Below the pieces are notes generated by a model that was not told where the DNA came from, did not search any database, and saw only the letters and a list, made by a program, of their open reading frames with translations. Position numbers and translations under genes: made by a program. DNA of 63,670 nucleotides, the filler included, from Olpidium bornovanus S191 (lineage: Eukaryota; Fungi; Olpidiomycota): assembly GCA_017911155.1 (NCBI GenBank). It is 31 parts of 31 records of this genome, joined end to end, with 100 filler letters (N's around TTAATTAATTAA, not from the genome) between each part and the next. Parts side by side here need not be neighbours in the genome. Positions count along the whole stretch, not along the records: positions 20,101 to 22,869 come from JAEFCI010012975.1; positions 22,970 to 24,036 come from JAEFCI010009402.1; positions 24,137 to 26,486 come from JAEFCI010005220.1; positions 26,587 to 29,340 come from JAEFCI010010602.1; positions 29,441 to 32,154 come from JAEFCI010013425.1; positions 32,255 to 35,135 come from JAEFCI010006027.1; 25 more parts are not named here. One strand, written 5' to 3'. Within the stretch, counting starts at the first letter, position 1. Each line of letters begins with the position of its first letter. Shown here piece after piece: positions 21,844-33,942 of this stretch.

Positions 21844-22599
21844 GGCGGTGCCGGACGGGAACGCTGTTCCCGTGGGGCCGCCCCTTGCGGACCCCTAAAG
21901 CTACCGGCTCTCGCTGGGCGGAATGTGCCTCTCGCGGTTCCTCCATCCGCGGTGTTGTACTAGATTTGTACTTTAATCAAAAAGGCGGAGTCAGTCGTTA
22001 AGCCCCAGGGCTTCTCCGAGGTGGAAATCAAACGACCTGCTAGGGACAAACGCGGTTCCAATTCTCTCTTTCTCTCTCTGTTTCCTCTCTCAGCTCGAGC
22101 TCCCCGGACGGTCTGCCGGTCCTGCTTTGCTGTGTGCATTGGTGTGTCCATGCGTCTACGGGTCTACTCTACGGGGAGAAATGTGGGGTCTGCTTAGTTT
22201 TCCAAACGCGTTTTCCCCGTCTCCTGGACGTATTTAATTGCCCCATGCACCCGACGCATCACTTTCCCGCTGCCGCTTGCGACCCCCTTTTTCGCATTTC
22301 GCCTTGCCTCCTCGTTAATTCAACGAACTTATTTGCTTCCTTGTCAACGCCCTATCATTCGCTTGCCTGTAGTACGCCGCTCATTCCGCTTGCCGTTGTG
22401 GAAATTCTTCCACAGCAGGTAAACCCGCTCGGACGTGCGAGTACTACTACGGGCAGCCGCCCGAGACTCGATGAAAACCTGGGCACGCCGGCCACAAGGT
22501 CTCCGCACGACGCGGGAAGAAACGCGCTTGTGCGTGCTTGACGACGGAAAGGACGGGTAGCAAAGGGGTGTTTGCTCAGGATGGGTTTGTCTGATGTTG

Positions 22600-22869
22600 G
22601 CGATTGAGGCAAGGAGAACCTGAGTTGAAGATTGGATGTGCCTTTCAGGTATCGTAAAACGCGCTTTAGAGCGCCCCAGTGCCCCTCAGCGGGATTTGCC
22701 ATGAATCTTGACAAGAAGCTGACAGCTGTAGAGAGATCGGGGCGTGTGCATGTTGCAAGATAAAGTAAGCTTCCCACGAGTTCACGATAACGTTTTGTTC
22801 AGAAGGGAAAGCTGTGTCGACTCGCGGGTGGAGGTGACGGATAGCGTCTGTGTCGAGCGGAGATCCAAC
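22600..22869 (-). mobile_element. Ty1/copia reverse transcriptase relic (frameshifted)
   Basis: [51 protein letters not shown], with a 1-nt frameshift just upstream in an A run. RNase H motifs are not recognisable downstream. Confidence 0.9.
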
Positions 22870-22969
22870 NNNNNNNNNNNNNNNNNNNNNNNNNNNNNNN
22901 NNNNNNNNNNNNNTTAATTAATTAANNNNNNNNNNNNNNNNNNNNNNNNNNNNNNNNNNNNNNNNNNNN

Positions 22970-23952
22970 AAATCGTGATTGCGCTGATCGACCGGCTTGC
23001 AGCCTACGCTGCGCGGGAGGCCGAGTGCGAGGACTCAGACCAAGGGCAGGCGGAGGCGGACAAGCTCCGCAACGGGGTCTCGGACATGAAAGTCGACGAG
23101 GGGGCGTCCGCGAAGAGGCGAAGGGGCATACCCGACGACGTGAAGCTGTTCGAGATTTTTCGGGACCAGGTTATGAACCTTGTCAAGGTACGCATTTTGG
23201 TAAATAAACGTGGCGGGAAGGAGGGGAAAGGAAGGCCGGAAAAGTGTGGTTGACTGCGGGGCTGGCGTTCCGCGGGCAGGCGCGCCCAGACATTGCCATT
23301 CAGGACGTGACCGCCCTCTTGGAATCCCTGGTCAACTTGGCACTCAGCTGTTACCCAGAGAACCTAGAGTACGTCGACCACGTGCTCGGGTTCGCGAAAG
23401 AGAAGGTGTCGGAGGCTGCCGAGGGGTACAGGTAAGTGATTCTTGACTTTGCGAGAAATTGTCCCGATCTCTTGCCAGTGGATTGATGCCGACGGCCGAT
23501 TTTTTGTGGCCGCCCTCAGCGCGGATTTGCACACCCCGGCAACGACGAACAGCCTTCTCGCAATTCTCCTCGCGCCGGTGAAGGCGTACTCCTCCGTCCT
23601 AACGCTGCTGGAGCTGCGTAACTATGCCCCGCTTCTGGAGGCACAGCCGCTCCCGACGCGCCGAACTGTGGCATTGGCCATTGTCACCTGCGCTCTGCGC
23701 GCCGTCACCATTATCGACAACCCCGACGACGTGAACGGCGTGCTCGATCTGTGCGCCCCTCTGATTCGCGAGCCGCGCGACTCCGACGGGACGGCCAGAG
23801 TGGGCGGCGGCGCAACGGTGAGGTCGCCTAGGCTGTTCGGCTACGGCTCGGCCACCGACCGGGAGATAGAGGAGGAGCTCGCGGAAGAGCAGGGGTACCT
23901 TGCTCGGATGGTGCACATGTTCAGGAACGACGATCCGGATAGGCAGTTGTTA
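22970..23952 (+). CDS. VPS35: Retromer subunit Vps35 (internal fragment, 3 exons)
   Basis: IVIALIDRLAAYA, GIPDDVKLFEIF, ARPDIAIQDVTALLESLVNLALSCYPENLEYVDHVL, EELAEEQGYLARMVHMF. Confidence 0.93.
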
Positions 23953-24136
23953 GTAAGTCGAACGAGAACATATGTCGTTGTCGGCGCGCGTGGCCGGACG
24001 CGAGAACTTCGCTGTGCAATACTCACCGTGGCGCTTNNNNNNNNNNNNNNNNNNNNNNNNNNNNNNNNNNNNNNNNNNNNTTAATTAATTAANNNNNNNN
24101 NNNNNNNNNNNNNNNNNNNNNNNNNNNNNNNNNNNN

Positions 24137-26103
24137 CCATGATTACTTCGCTCTCGTCTGTCTCATAGCCCGCCGCGGATATCCGGGAGAGGCGGCGACC
24201 GTTTCCAGCGGCGCCGTCCTGGGCGGCTTGCTCGTCATTGTTGACGGGCGGGTGCTCGTGATGTTTGTGACGCAGCTTGAGTTGCTGGATGTTGTGGACT
24301 TTGAACGTGTCTCCGCCCTGCGAGGTCGACCCGATCCCGCTGCCCCGCCGCAGATCCAGGCTTTTCGACGTCGTCGAACTCAAACGACCGAAGGCTTCGG
24401 CCTCCGGCTTGTCCGAATCAACCTCGGCGACGGTCAGACTCAAACCCGCCTTGTCCTTGACGCTGCTCCCGAACGCTGTGGCAGCCGTTGGCGGCTCGGT
24501 CGCCTCCGCCACCTTCCGACGCTTAAAAATGGTCCACATCGAGGCCACGCGGCCGCGGCAGCAGGATTTCCTTTCCACCGGCCGCCCGCGCACAACCCCG
24601 CTGTGGCGGTACTTGTTCCTCCGGCGACTAAACTCCTTCCTCGCGCGGCATATAAACCACGAGGTGCCGACCAGGGCGAGTATGACGACCGCGGCGACCG
24701 CGGCGGAAATCGCCGCCACCACCCACTGCGACGCGCCAACTTCCTCGTGGCGGTCTGGCGCCACAGGGCCCGAGTCGACTTCGTAGCTCTTGGTGTTGCA
24801 GACAGCGCTCGCGCAACACGCTTCCGGGTTTTGCGGGAAGAACAGTGTCACCGGGTGTGACTCGTTGAACAACGTTGGATTCGATGCCCTGTTGCAGAAA
24901 GCACATCCCATCGCGGTATCCGGGTATCCTGCAGACGCCGAGAGCAAATGTGGCGTTGATGGGACGGCAGGACAATGGCGGCCACGAACCGACACGATAA
25001 GCTTGAAAGCTACATAACGGCCGCAGGCGCTATTCGCGCGCATTGGCCCCAGCAAACGGGAAAGTGTACACATACCGCAGGTGCAACCGCGGTGCGACTC
25101 ATTGTCGTCGCCGGACACGCAAGGGCTGGTCCCGGAAAGGAACGAATACCTATTACAGTACTCTCCGCTGGCCAGCGCGTCCCACCTCGCCCGGGACGGG
25201 TAATCTTCGCAGAGGTTGTTTTCCTGTTGATCCGGGTTTACAGGGACGGCCTCGTTCCAATTCGCGAGGCCACTCTCCGTGACGGTGCCCGGCTCCGGAG
25301 AGAAGAAGCCGCCATACAGCGCCTTATCTGGCGGGCCGCTGATCACGGACCGACTCCACGCAAGGCAGGTGGACAGGCACACGGGAAGTTTCGGGGCTGT
25401 TTGGGCCTCTCCAGGCGCCCCGGCGGCGTTGTCCGTGAGATTGCACGCGCCGACGTGGACCGCTATGCGGCACAACACGGTCGTCTCGTACCGGCCGTGC
25501 GGCAGAACGTTTCGCAATGTATTTCGCCGACATCCCAGGAGCTGGAAGACAGAAAGTCAAAGAACGCGCGTGCGGGCGACGTTTGTCAAAAGCACGCTTC
25601 TCTCTCGCCGGACACCCAGGTCGGCAGCAAAAGAAAAATCAGTCGGAACCGAGCCCTTGCAGAAGACCGCTCACGTTCTCGTAAAACTTCTCGGACGACA
25701 GAGCCAGGAAATTCCTGAGCTCGTTGTCAAACTGCTGCACATTCTTCACGTTGGCGAAAACTCGCCGCACGGCGGGCCCCCACTCGTCGACAGACTTGTC
25801 GTCCGCGACAAGGTTCGCGCCAAAGCGAACGGTCGCGGAAGCAAACGCGGGGCACATCTGCGAGCCCTGAAGAGAGAAGCACGGCGAAGTGAGAGCTGGA
25901 GTATCCTGCGGCGTTGCCGCGCTGGTGATGGCGTAGCTGTTGGCGATGCGGGAGTCGGCCAAGGCGGCGATGGCAGCGTCGACGGCTTTGGACAAGGGGC
26001 CCAAGGACGGATTTCGCGGCAGCCTGTCGGGCACACCGCTGGGGGCCAGCGCTCCTGCAGCGCTGGAGGCCAGCTGGCTGCGTTTGGGGTTCCTCCGTGG
26101 CAT
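24137..26103 (-). CDS. Single-pass membrane protein with a Cys-rich ectodomain (joins ORFs 25639-26250 and 24081-25517; 3' truncated)
   Basis: Intron 25674-25542 (GTGAGC..CAG) joins CFSLQGSQMCPAF...VKNVQQFDNELRNFL...FYEN to LLGC...GRYETTVLC...PVCLSTC. A second, in-frame GTATGT..CAG intron gives GCTCGYPDTAMGCAFC...CCASAVC. The TM segment is WVVAAISAAVAAVVILALVGTSWFIC, followed by a basic tail. Confidence 0.75.
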
Positions 26104-26423
26104 CGCGCGGACGAGGGCACAGCTGCACGTGGCGGCGAGCTTGGCCGAGGGCGGCGGGGAACACAAGCGACGCGGCGGAGCAGGAGGGGGGGGGGGGGGG
26201 GGGGGGGCGGGGGGGGGGGGGGGGGGGGGCGGCGCCGGGAGGGAAGACAACCCTTAAGGTGCGGCACGGTACCGGGCGGGGGTGGGGGGAGCAGAAGAGC
26301 GAGAGAGGAGATGCCCCGACGGCGGAGGCGAGCGCGACGTCTGCCAGAGGCGCCGACCAAAGGGCCTTTTCCGTTTGTGCGTCGGGCGGGCGGAGGGGAA
26401 GTTCGCCGTCGTCTTCCCCCGCC

Positions 26424-26473
<50 letters not shown>

Positions 26474-28242
26474 CTGCCGGGGGGGGNNNNNNNNNNNNNN
26501 NNNNNNNNNNNNNNNNNNNNNNNNNNNNNNTTAATTAATTAANNNNNNNNNNNNNNNNNNNNNNNNNNNNNNNNNNNNNNNNNNNNGCTCTGTTAAGTGC
26601 ATGATAAGATTTGTTGCGAAAAGCTTCTTCTTCGTCTTCCTCTCTTCTCTCTTTTGTTTGCGGTTTTGACGGCGGGAGGGAGAAGCCCACTGGAGCTCCC
26701 CTCCCGGTCTTTGGCATCTTTGATCACGTGACCGTAGAGCGCACTCTTCCGGTTCACAACAAGATTCAAGACGACTAGAAAGGCAGCTGCGTTTAAAGAC
26801 CGCAAGCACCTTCTGCCTCTTGAGCGCTGGATTTTTTTTTTTTTGATCTTTGCTGCTGGGACTGCGACTGTTGCGCGAGCTTCACTTGTCTTGCCTTGAG
26901 CTTGTCCTACAAAGTGTGCGTTCCCGCATTTTGCCCTATTCTGCGCCCTTCTGCGTTCAACAATCCCGACTTGTGAGTCCTACCGAGACAAAGGCACCGG
27001 ACAGAACTTTGCTGGAAACAGAAAGCGAGGTGGCAAAGGCTCACAACAGCTTCTATTACCTCTGGCACAGCGTCCGTCGTGTTTCCTACAAGCGGCAGCG
27101 GCGGTACAGGCGGGATTGTCAAGAAATCTTGTATTTCTAGAAACCTTGATTGTCCGCATGGGTCCATGATTGGCGGCTCACCAACCTGAAAACCACGCCT
27201 CCAAACAACAACCCAAAACCACCTGATACCACCCGAAAAAACCTGGATCCTCGTGCGGAACCACGTTGAACCCGCTTTACAGCTTCAGATAATGGGTGAT
27301 GCAACCGAAATAATGAATGTAGTAAAAAGAGACCCTGAGACTCTGAGAAAGAGAAGTTGCAACACTAGCCGGGCGAACGCAATTCGAGCAGCAATCATCC
27401 TCCGGTCGGCCTGCGCCGGGATTAATTTCCGCTGTGCGAGGATCAGGCGGGTCGTCGCCCGGGTTTTCCTTCCAGGATGGCCGAGCGGAACGTTCCGAAA
27501 GCGAACTTTCTAAATTGCCCTCGGGCGCGCGAGGCAGAAGCGCATCTCGCTACGTTTGGCGAGTTTTCGTCTGTTGGAAACAAAAAGTCCAGATTCGCGA
27601 GTTTTGCAGAACTGGAAGCGAAGCCGCAGTCTCTATGAAGGACGGGCGGAGGAGGGTGGAGGTAAACAGACGGTGTGTGCATGGAGGAAGTACGTAGCGG
27701 GTTACGTGATCTAAATGATGCGAACTACGATAAAACCCCCGCCGCCCGCTCGGCCCGACCCACCGATTGCGGCTGCCGCCGCTTCCGCTCGGGCTCCGTC
27801 ACGGCCGCCCGCGCCGGCTGCTCGTCCGCTCCCGCCCGCCGGCTCTGTCGCCAGACTGTCAACCCGGTTCGTCCCGCTTTTTGGCAAACAAATCTTCCGG
27901 TAAACCCGAACGGAAAGCAGACCTCGGACGCCGGATGCGGCGGTTCCGATCACAAGAAATTGCCCGCCGTTTGGCTGCCTTTGTCTGCACGCCGGCGCTG
28001 CCCGCTCCGCTCGGGTCCTGCGCGCTGCAATGGGCGCACGAGGCAACCGGGGACATAGGCAAAGCCGCACAGAGTGTCGCCGGTTGAGGACGTGGCCAGC
28101 GTGCGTGGTTCCGACGACCGCGTGAAAAAACAAAAAGCTGGTGAGGATCAGCAGAATAAGAGTCAGCGCCGGTCCCCTCCCCCCACCCCCCCGGCTCAAC
28201 CCACCCACACCCACACGCGCGCGCGCACATTTACACACACAG

Positions 28243-28243
<1 letters not shown>

Positions 28244-28284
<41 letters not shown>
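28244..28284. repeat. (CT)n microsatellite
   Basis: About 20 CT units. Confidence 0.95.
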
Positions 28285-28286
<2 letters not shown>

Positions 28287-29653
28287 GTTGGCTGATGAGG
28301 TGTGTGTCTCCGCGTACGAATATGGGGGGAAAATGGGGTCAGCGGCGCGGGTGTGATGACGGCAATAATTGTTGGGGTTGGGGAACGCGGGGCAGGTGAC
28401 GGTATGGGTCGCGTCCGCCGCTCCACCAGCGCGAGATGCGCGCCGGGGCGCGACGACGAGCTGTGCGTCAGTCCGTCCCGAGCACAGAAGCGGCGGCCGT
28501 CGCCGCCGGGGAAACTGAGACTGAGAATGCGGAAGTCTAGGTCGCCGAATTTGACACGCCGCGTTGCGGCCCGATGCTAGGCCGCAGGGCGGAACCGGGT
28601 TGGCGTCGAGTGGCGCCACGGGCGCGGCGACGGGAGGCCAGCGCAGGTGACGGGAGTTCGCAAGTTGCAGGCGAAGGGCTGGCGGCGGCCGAAAAAGAAA
28701 ACGCCGCCCGCGGGCGTATAAAAAGCGGGCGGCGGGTTTTTCCCGACTCCGTGGGGACTCACTGCAACCGAACACCTAAGCCAGTGCGGGTTTTCTTTTC
28801 TTTCTTTTCCTTTTTTGCCCATCCGACTTTCACGAAGGGACGGCTGAGCGCAACAGGCCAATTTTCCTCTCCGCTGGGACGCCGCCGACGCCAAGGGTTC
28901 TCCGTCCGAAATGTCGGAGGCCGGATGCTTGTGAATGGTGGTCCCTCTCTAACCGAGTCTATCTCATACATCACCACCCTGAATCCGGCCCCGTCTCCCG
29001 CCCCGGAGCTCTCTCCTCCTGGCGGTTACTAAGGGAGGGGCAAGGCTTTGGAAACGGCAAGTGCAAGGGGAACGGGAAGAAGGGAGGCTGGGACTACGGC
29101 CGCAAGGGAAAGGGTTATAAGTAAAAAGGCGTTTATTGAGTTCCTTGAAGGTCCCGATTTTCAAAGCAATCTTATCTATCAGAATTTGTTTTAGTCTAGA
29201 AGACAAAATATCTTTATCCCATGCAACAGTGCACCTTCACTTTCCGCAGGCCGTCGGCGGCCGTTTTTCTGCAATGAAGCACGCCGTGACCCGTATGGAG
29301 GAGGGGGAGTTGGTGGGCTACGCCAGTCTAATGAAGCGTANNNNNNNNNNNNNNNNNNNNNNNNNNNNNNNNNNNNNNNNNNNNTTAATTAATTAANNNN
29401 NNNNNNNNNNNNNNNNNNNNNNNNNNNNNNNNNNNNNNNNCAAAAACAGAAAAAGAAAAGAAAAGGAAGGCAAAAAAAACAAAAAAAAAATTACAAAAAA
29501 ACCACCACAGGTGTTAATTGGCTTAAAAAGAACCAAAAAAATGCCGCGCGTGCGTGCGTGTGTGTACTTGTGCGTGTGCGTATTGAGTGCGGGGTGGCAA
29601 GGGGGAAGGAGGGAAGTGGGGGTATTTATCAGTGCCGTCTTCCCTCGTTCGCG

Positions 29654-31573
29654 TCAGCCCCTCAGCGCCGACCTTTTTTCGACCGCCGTCAACTTGAGGC
29701 GGAGGGCGTCCGCGGGGCTGATTCCCCGCTCGGCCGCGTAGTTGTCGATGAACCTCGGTATGTCGTCGTTCTCCCGGAACGCGAGCACGTCGTGCGGGGC
29801 CGGGTGCGGGCGGTTGATCTTCATCGTGAAGATGCGGGAGCCCCGGTCTGCCTTGTTCACCCCCAGGAGGTAGGGCGGGACCCATTGGACCCGGGCCGGC
29901 GGCCAGGGCGGTTGCCCGGGCCTTTGCGGCGGGGAAACCGGGCCGTCCCGCCGGGGCCCGTCCGGGGGCCGCCCGGCGGGGGCGGACGTCGCGCCGGGCG
30001 GATGCGGCGGGATGACGGCGGCGGCGGCGCCCGCCCGGGCAATCGCTTCGTGCCACTCCCGCTCCTTCTCCCTCCACTTCCGCTCCCTCGCGCCCAGATC
30101 CTCGTCCCGTCGCCGCAGCGCGTCCTCGAACTCCCGCTGGCGCTCGCGGTCCCGCGCGCGCAGCTTCGCGACCTCCGTCCGGAGCTCCAGCGCGTCGGCC
30201 CGCGCCTCTTCCAGCTCCCGCTGCTGCGCGGCCAGGTCGACGCTCAGCATCTGCACCCGCCCCTCCAGCTCCGAAATCTCCCGCGCTTTCGACTCCAGAG
30301 ATCGCGCAGCGGTTTCGGCCCTCGACCGCCACTCGCGCTCCTGGGAAACCGGCTGTTTCTACGGTGTCCGGAGAGAGAGAAATATTTGTGGTTTTTGTTC
30401 CGTCCGTCAGTATCGGCACTCAGCGCGGGAATAACACCGCCGCGTGCTCAAAAACGCTCAGAGCGCGTGGGAGGAGGAGAGTGGGGGGCGGGGGGGCTTT
30501 TCACCTTCCAGGGAGGCCCGCTGAGCAGGCTTCCCGACCGGACCGTCGGGCGCCCGACTTCGGCCACAGCTTTTTTCAGGTTCGCGATGTCGGCCGACGT
30601 CGCCAACCGCGGCCCGGTCGGCGCGGGGGAAGCGGCGTGTTCCGGTGACGCGGTCCTCCGGAACGAATCCGCGCCGGCGGCCGACCGGCCGGGGTTCAGA
30701 CCGTTCGCGCGGTTCCGAGCCGGAGAAGGCGGCGTTGCTGGCGGCGCGAACGAGCCCCCTTTTAATAGCCGGTCGCGAGATTCCTTCCGCCGGAGTCAAC
30801 CCCGCGGACCCCGGTAACTCACGGCCCGGTGGATAATGCGGCGGGCCCGCGGACCGAAACGAGGAGGCGGCGGGGGCTTCGAGTTCGGCGCGCAGCTCGC
30901 GAGAGGCGGCCGCGGGACCGGGCGGCGGCGGCCCGAGGGGCCGAAGTACCCTGCGGGAGGCGGCCGCTCCCGAAAACTTGGCGCACGGCCTCGCGGCACC
31001 GACCTTGCGTTGGTGGTGGTAATGGTGGTAGTGGTGCTTCCCGACCGCGCGGTTGAGCAGCGGGGCGTTCTGCTGGCGACTGACCAGCCGGTCGAAATTG
31101 ACGGGCCGGAAACCGTCCGCGCGCAGCCGGTGCAGGTTCCCCGGGCCGACGCCCGAAACCGCGTCCCCCTCGCCCTCCTCCTTCCCCTCGCGGCCCGGGT
31201 AGTCGGCGGGCAGCAGCGCGTTTTCTACCCCTCGGCGCGCGGCTTCCCTCGCCGCGAAAGTGCGCCAGAAGTCCACCGCGGACGCGGCGTCTGCCGACGA
31301 GGCCCGCTTTGGCGCGGGAACCGCGCCGGTTCCTCCTCCTCCCCGTCCTCGTCCTCGTCCTCCTCCTCCTCCTCCTCCGCCGCCGCCGGCTCCTCCTCCC
31401 GCCGCCGCCTCCTCGGCAGAGGCCGCGGGGTCGGAGTTCGTCCAGGCTTCCGAGAGTGCGGCGACCGGCGCGGGCTTCCGGCGAAAGAGCCTTCTCTTCC
31501 GCAGGTCACTCTCGCCCTCCTCGCCCGACGACTTTTGCAGCGCGTCCCAGTCTATAGGTTTTTTCGTCAACAT
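29654..31573 (-). CDS. Hypothetical coiled-coil protein with a small globular C-terminal domain (spliced, possibly with a homopolymer frameshift)
   Basis: ATG at 31573 (MLTKKPIDWDAL). The last exon, 30353-29654, starts after a CAG acceptor and encodes an E/R-rich coiled coil, then IFTMKINRP..DVLAFRENDDIPRFIDNYAAERGI. Confidence 0.6.
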
Positions 31574-31783
31574 GACGACCGGGGGGGATAGGAAAGGAGG
31601 GCTCCACCGGCAAAGCGGGCTCTGCGGAGGCGGAGAGCGGAGGCGGGGAGGTGCGGGCGAACGCGGGGCGGGAGGCTCCTCCGCGGTCTCACCCGACAGC
31701 GCGCGCGGTCGCGCGCCCCGAGAGAGCCGGAATCGGTTGGGTTGTGGCGGCTCAAGGGGGGGGGGAGAGGACGTCTTGGAGCC

Positions 31784-31955
31784 GAGCCGAAGAAGAAGGC
31801 GAAGACCCAGCGTATACCGCGAGCCCGAACGAACGGGAAGGAACGGAGAACTGTATTCGGGGCGTTTGCTTATTAATTTCCCCTATGCCCTATTTCACAT
31901 GGCAGCGACTAAGGAATCTACACGGGGGTAACGCGGGCTGGTGCATGCAGTGCGT
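31784..31955 (+). repeat. Dispersed repeat, copy A (copy B at 50254-50423, minus strand)
   Basis: GAGCCGAAGAAGAAGGCGAAGA, GGAGAACTGTATT, CGGGGCGTTTG, GCCCTATTT and GGGGTAACGC.GGCTGGTGC are shared and colinear. Confidence 0.85.
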
Positions 31956-32013
31956 CTACGGCTCTTCTACACGGGGGTAACGCGGGCTGGTGCATGCAGT
32001 GCGTCTACGGCTC
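31917..32013. repeat. Perfect 48-bp direct duplication (period 49)
   Basis: TCTACACGGGGGTAACGCGGGCTGGTGCATGCAGTGCGTCTACGGCTC at 31917 and 31966. Confidence 0.92.
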
Positions 32014-32254
32014 AGCTCCCCCCCCTTCATTTTACGCCCCGCCTTACTGGGCGCGCCATTGCCCATGCCTGCCCGAAAAACTGTGGAATCTATGACTTTC
32101 TCCTTCCGCCCTCCTGCACCTTGGCGGATTTACGTTTGGCTCTGCTCGCCCATGNNNNNNNNNNNNNNNNNNNNNNNNNNNNNNNNNNNNNNNNNNNNTT
32201 AATTAATTAANNNNNNNNNNNNNNNNNNNNNNNNNNNNNNNNNNNNNNNNNNNN

Positions 32255-33942
32255 CATGCCATAAAGTCACCGAACTTGTCAGGAGAAGACATCAATCTGG
32301 TGGACTTCGATGCGGTCAAGCACGACCTGGCGCTGTCGGCCGAGAACGAGGGCGATTCTCGGTCGCAAGCTCTCCTGATGCAGGCGCTGCGGTTGCGGGC
32401 ATTACAGGGAGGGGCCAGCGAGCGACGTGCCACCGTGGAAGCGTACGCCAAGGCCGACATTTTCGGCATATCGAATGGCGGGGAGCGCCAGGTGCGCGTG
32501 CGCGTGGTTCGGTGGGGTTTGCCTCGGGAGGCGTATCCTCCGTAATGCGGCACGAAACGCGGTCCTCATACGAGGACGGACCTGCCTGAGCGACTTTAGG
32601 TGATCTCGGCGCTGCTGGAATCACGGTATATGCCCATCAGGGAACAGGCGGCAAAACTGGCGAGCTGCGTCGCCGGCGAGAACGTCGGGCGAGATTACCT
32701 CCTGCAGGGCAACGCCAAGATCATCAAAGCGCTCGCCAACGCGCTCGTAAAAGAAGACCACGAAAACAGTGTGCGGGAGGGTCTCCTCTGCGTTCTCCAA
32801 AAGTTGAGCATCCGGTAAGAAGATTAAATTGGCACATCAGGTTTTTTTTTCGATTGTTTTTTTTTTTTGTTTTTCGCCTGCAGTCCTCGAAGATTACTGC
32901 AGCTCACGCCTTTGACCGATTAAACCAAAAGCCGATCAGCGCAATCGGCAATGAATGACTTTGGCTTAGTGCCCTACCTCCTCGCGATCCTGGTGGACAC
33001 GGAGTCGGCTTCGGACGCGACCGTGGCCCACGCCTCGGCGCTCCTGATGAACCTCTGCGTGCGATCCGCGGGACGCAGGCAGTGCCTGGCCTCGGACCCG
33101 TCCCGCGCGCTGCAGGTACTCAGTGACCTGGTCGAACACGAAAACGTCCAGGTGAAAACTTACGTGAACGGCACGCTCTACAGCATCCTGGCCGATCACG
33201 CCGCTCGCGAGGCCGCGCGGGCCATGGGCATGGGGGACATGCTCAGGTGCCTCAGGGAAGTCAGCGAGAAGCAGTTGGTGGGACAGATAGATTTTGTCAT
33301 CCAACAGCTCAATTCCGGTGAGTTCGTCGGACACGAGACGCCGCCTTTTTGGACGGCGGGCGAGGCCACGATTCCGGTTGCTCTTGCTCGCCCAAACGGG
33401 ATGTCGTGCTTCATTTTCCGCCGCACTCTGCGCGCATAATATCGTGTATCGGCTCCTTTCCCGTCCTTAGCATTCCGTGTCTCCGCATACGATTTGCGCA
33501 TTCTATATTTCAATTATCTTTTTTTCACCGTCGATTATACGGCCTTGCGCCTCTCGTATAATTTCTCATCGAATTTCCACTCCGGGCAAATCGAAGATGC
33601 GACCGAGGAGCTTGGCGACGCGGCTTCAGACGACGATCAGGACGCAGACGAGGAAGTCAACGATGAGCAGGATTTGGACGAAGTAGGTGCCACATTTTTT
33701 GCCATCGATGTTGTAATTTTCCCGGCCAACCCACTCAGCGCATTTTCGATCCACAATCCAAAAGGACATCCCTGGCTACGAGACTGGCGGAGTCAGCGAA
33801 GACGAAGTTCTTGAGCCGCCGCGGCCCGGCGAGGTGACGGGGGCCGCACTCCTGGCTGCGAGATACCACAAGAACGACGCCGGTAAAAACGTCAAAGCAA
33901 GGGCGGCCAAGTCCGCTGAAAAGACAGAGTGCGGGGCGAACG
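32255..33942 (+). CDS. ARMC9: LisH/armadillo protein ARMC9 orthologue (internal/C-terminal fragment, several exons)
   Basis: VDFDAVKHDL..ALLMQALRLR..RRATVEAY, GRDYL..VREGLLCVLQKLSIR, ALLMNLCVRSAGRRQC, LSDLVEHENVQVKTYVNGTLYSIL..REAARAMGMGDMLRC..QIDFVIQQLNS, an acidic stretch, then GEVTGAALLAARY. These blocks are colinear with human ARMC9 as I recall it. Confidence 0.88.
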
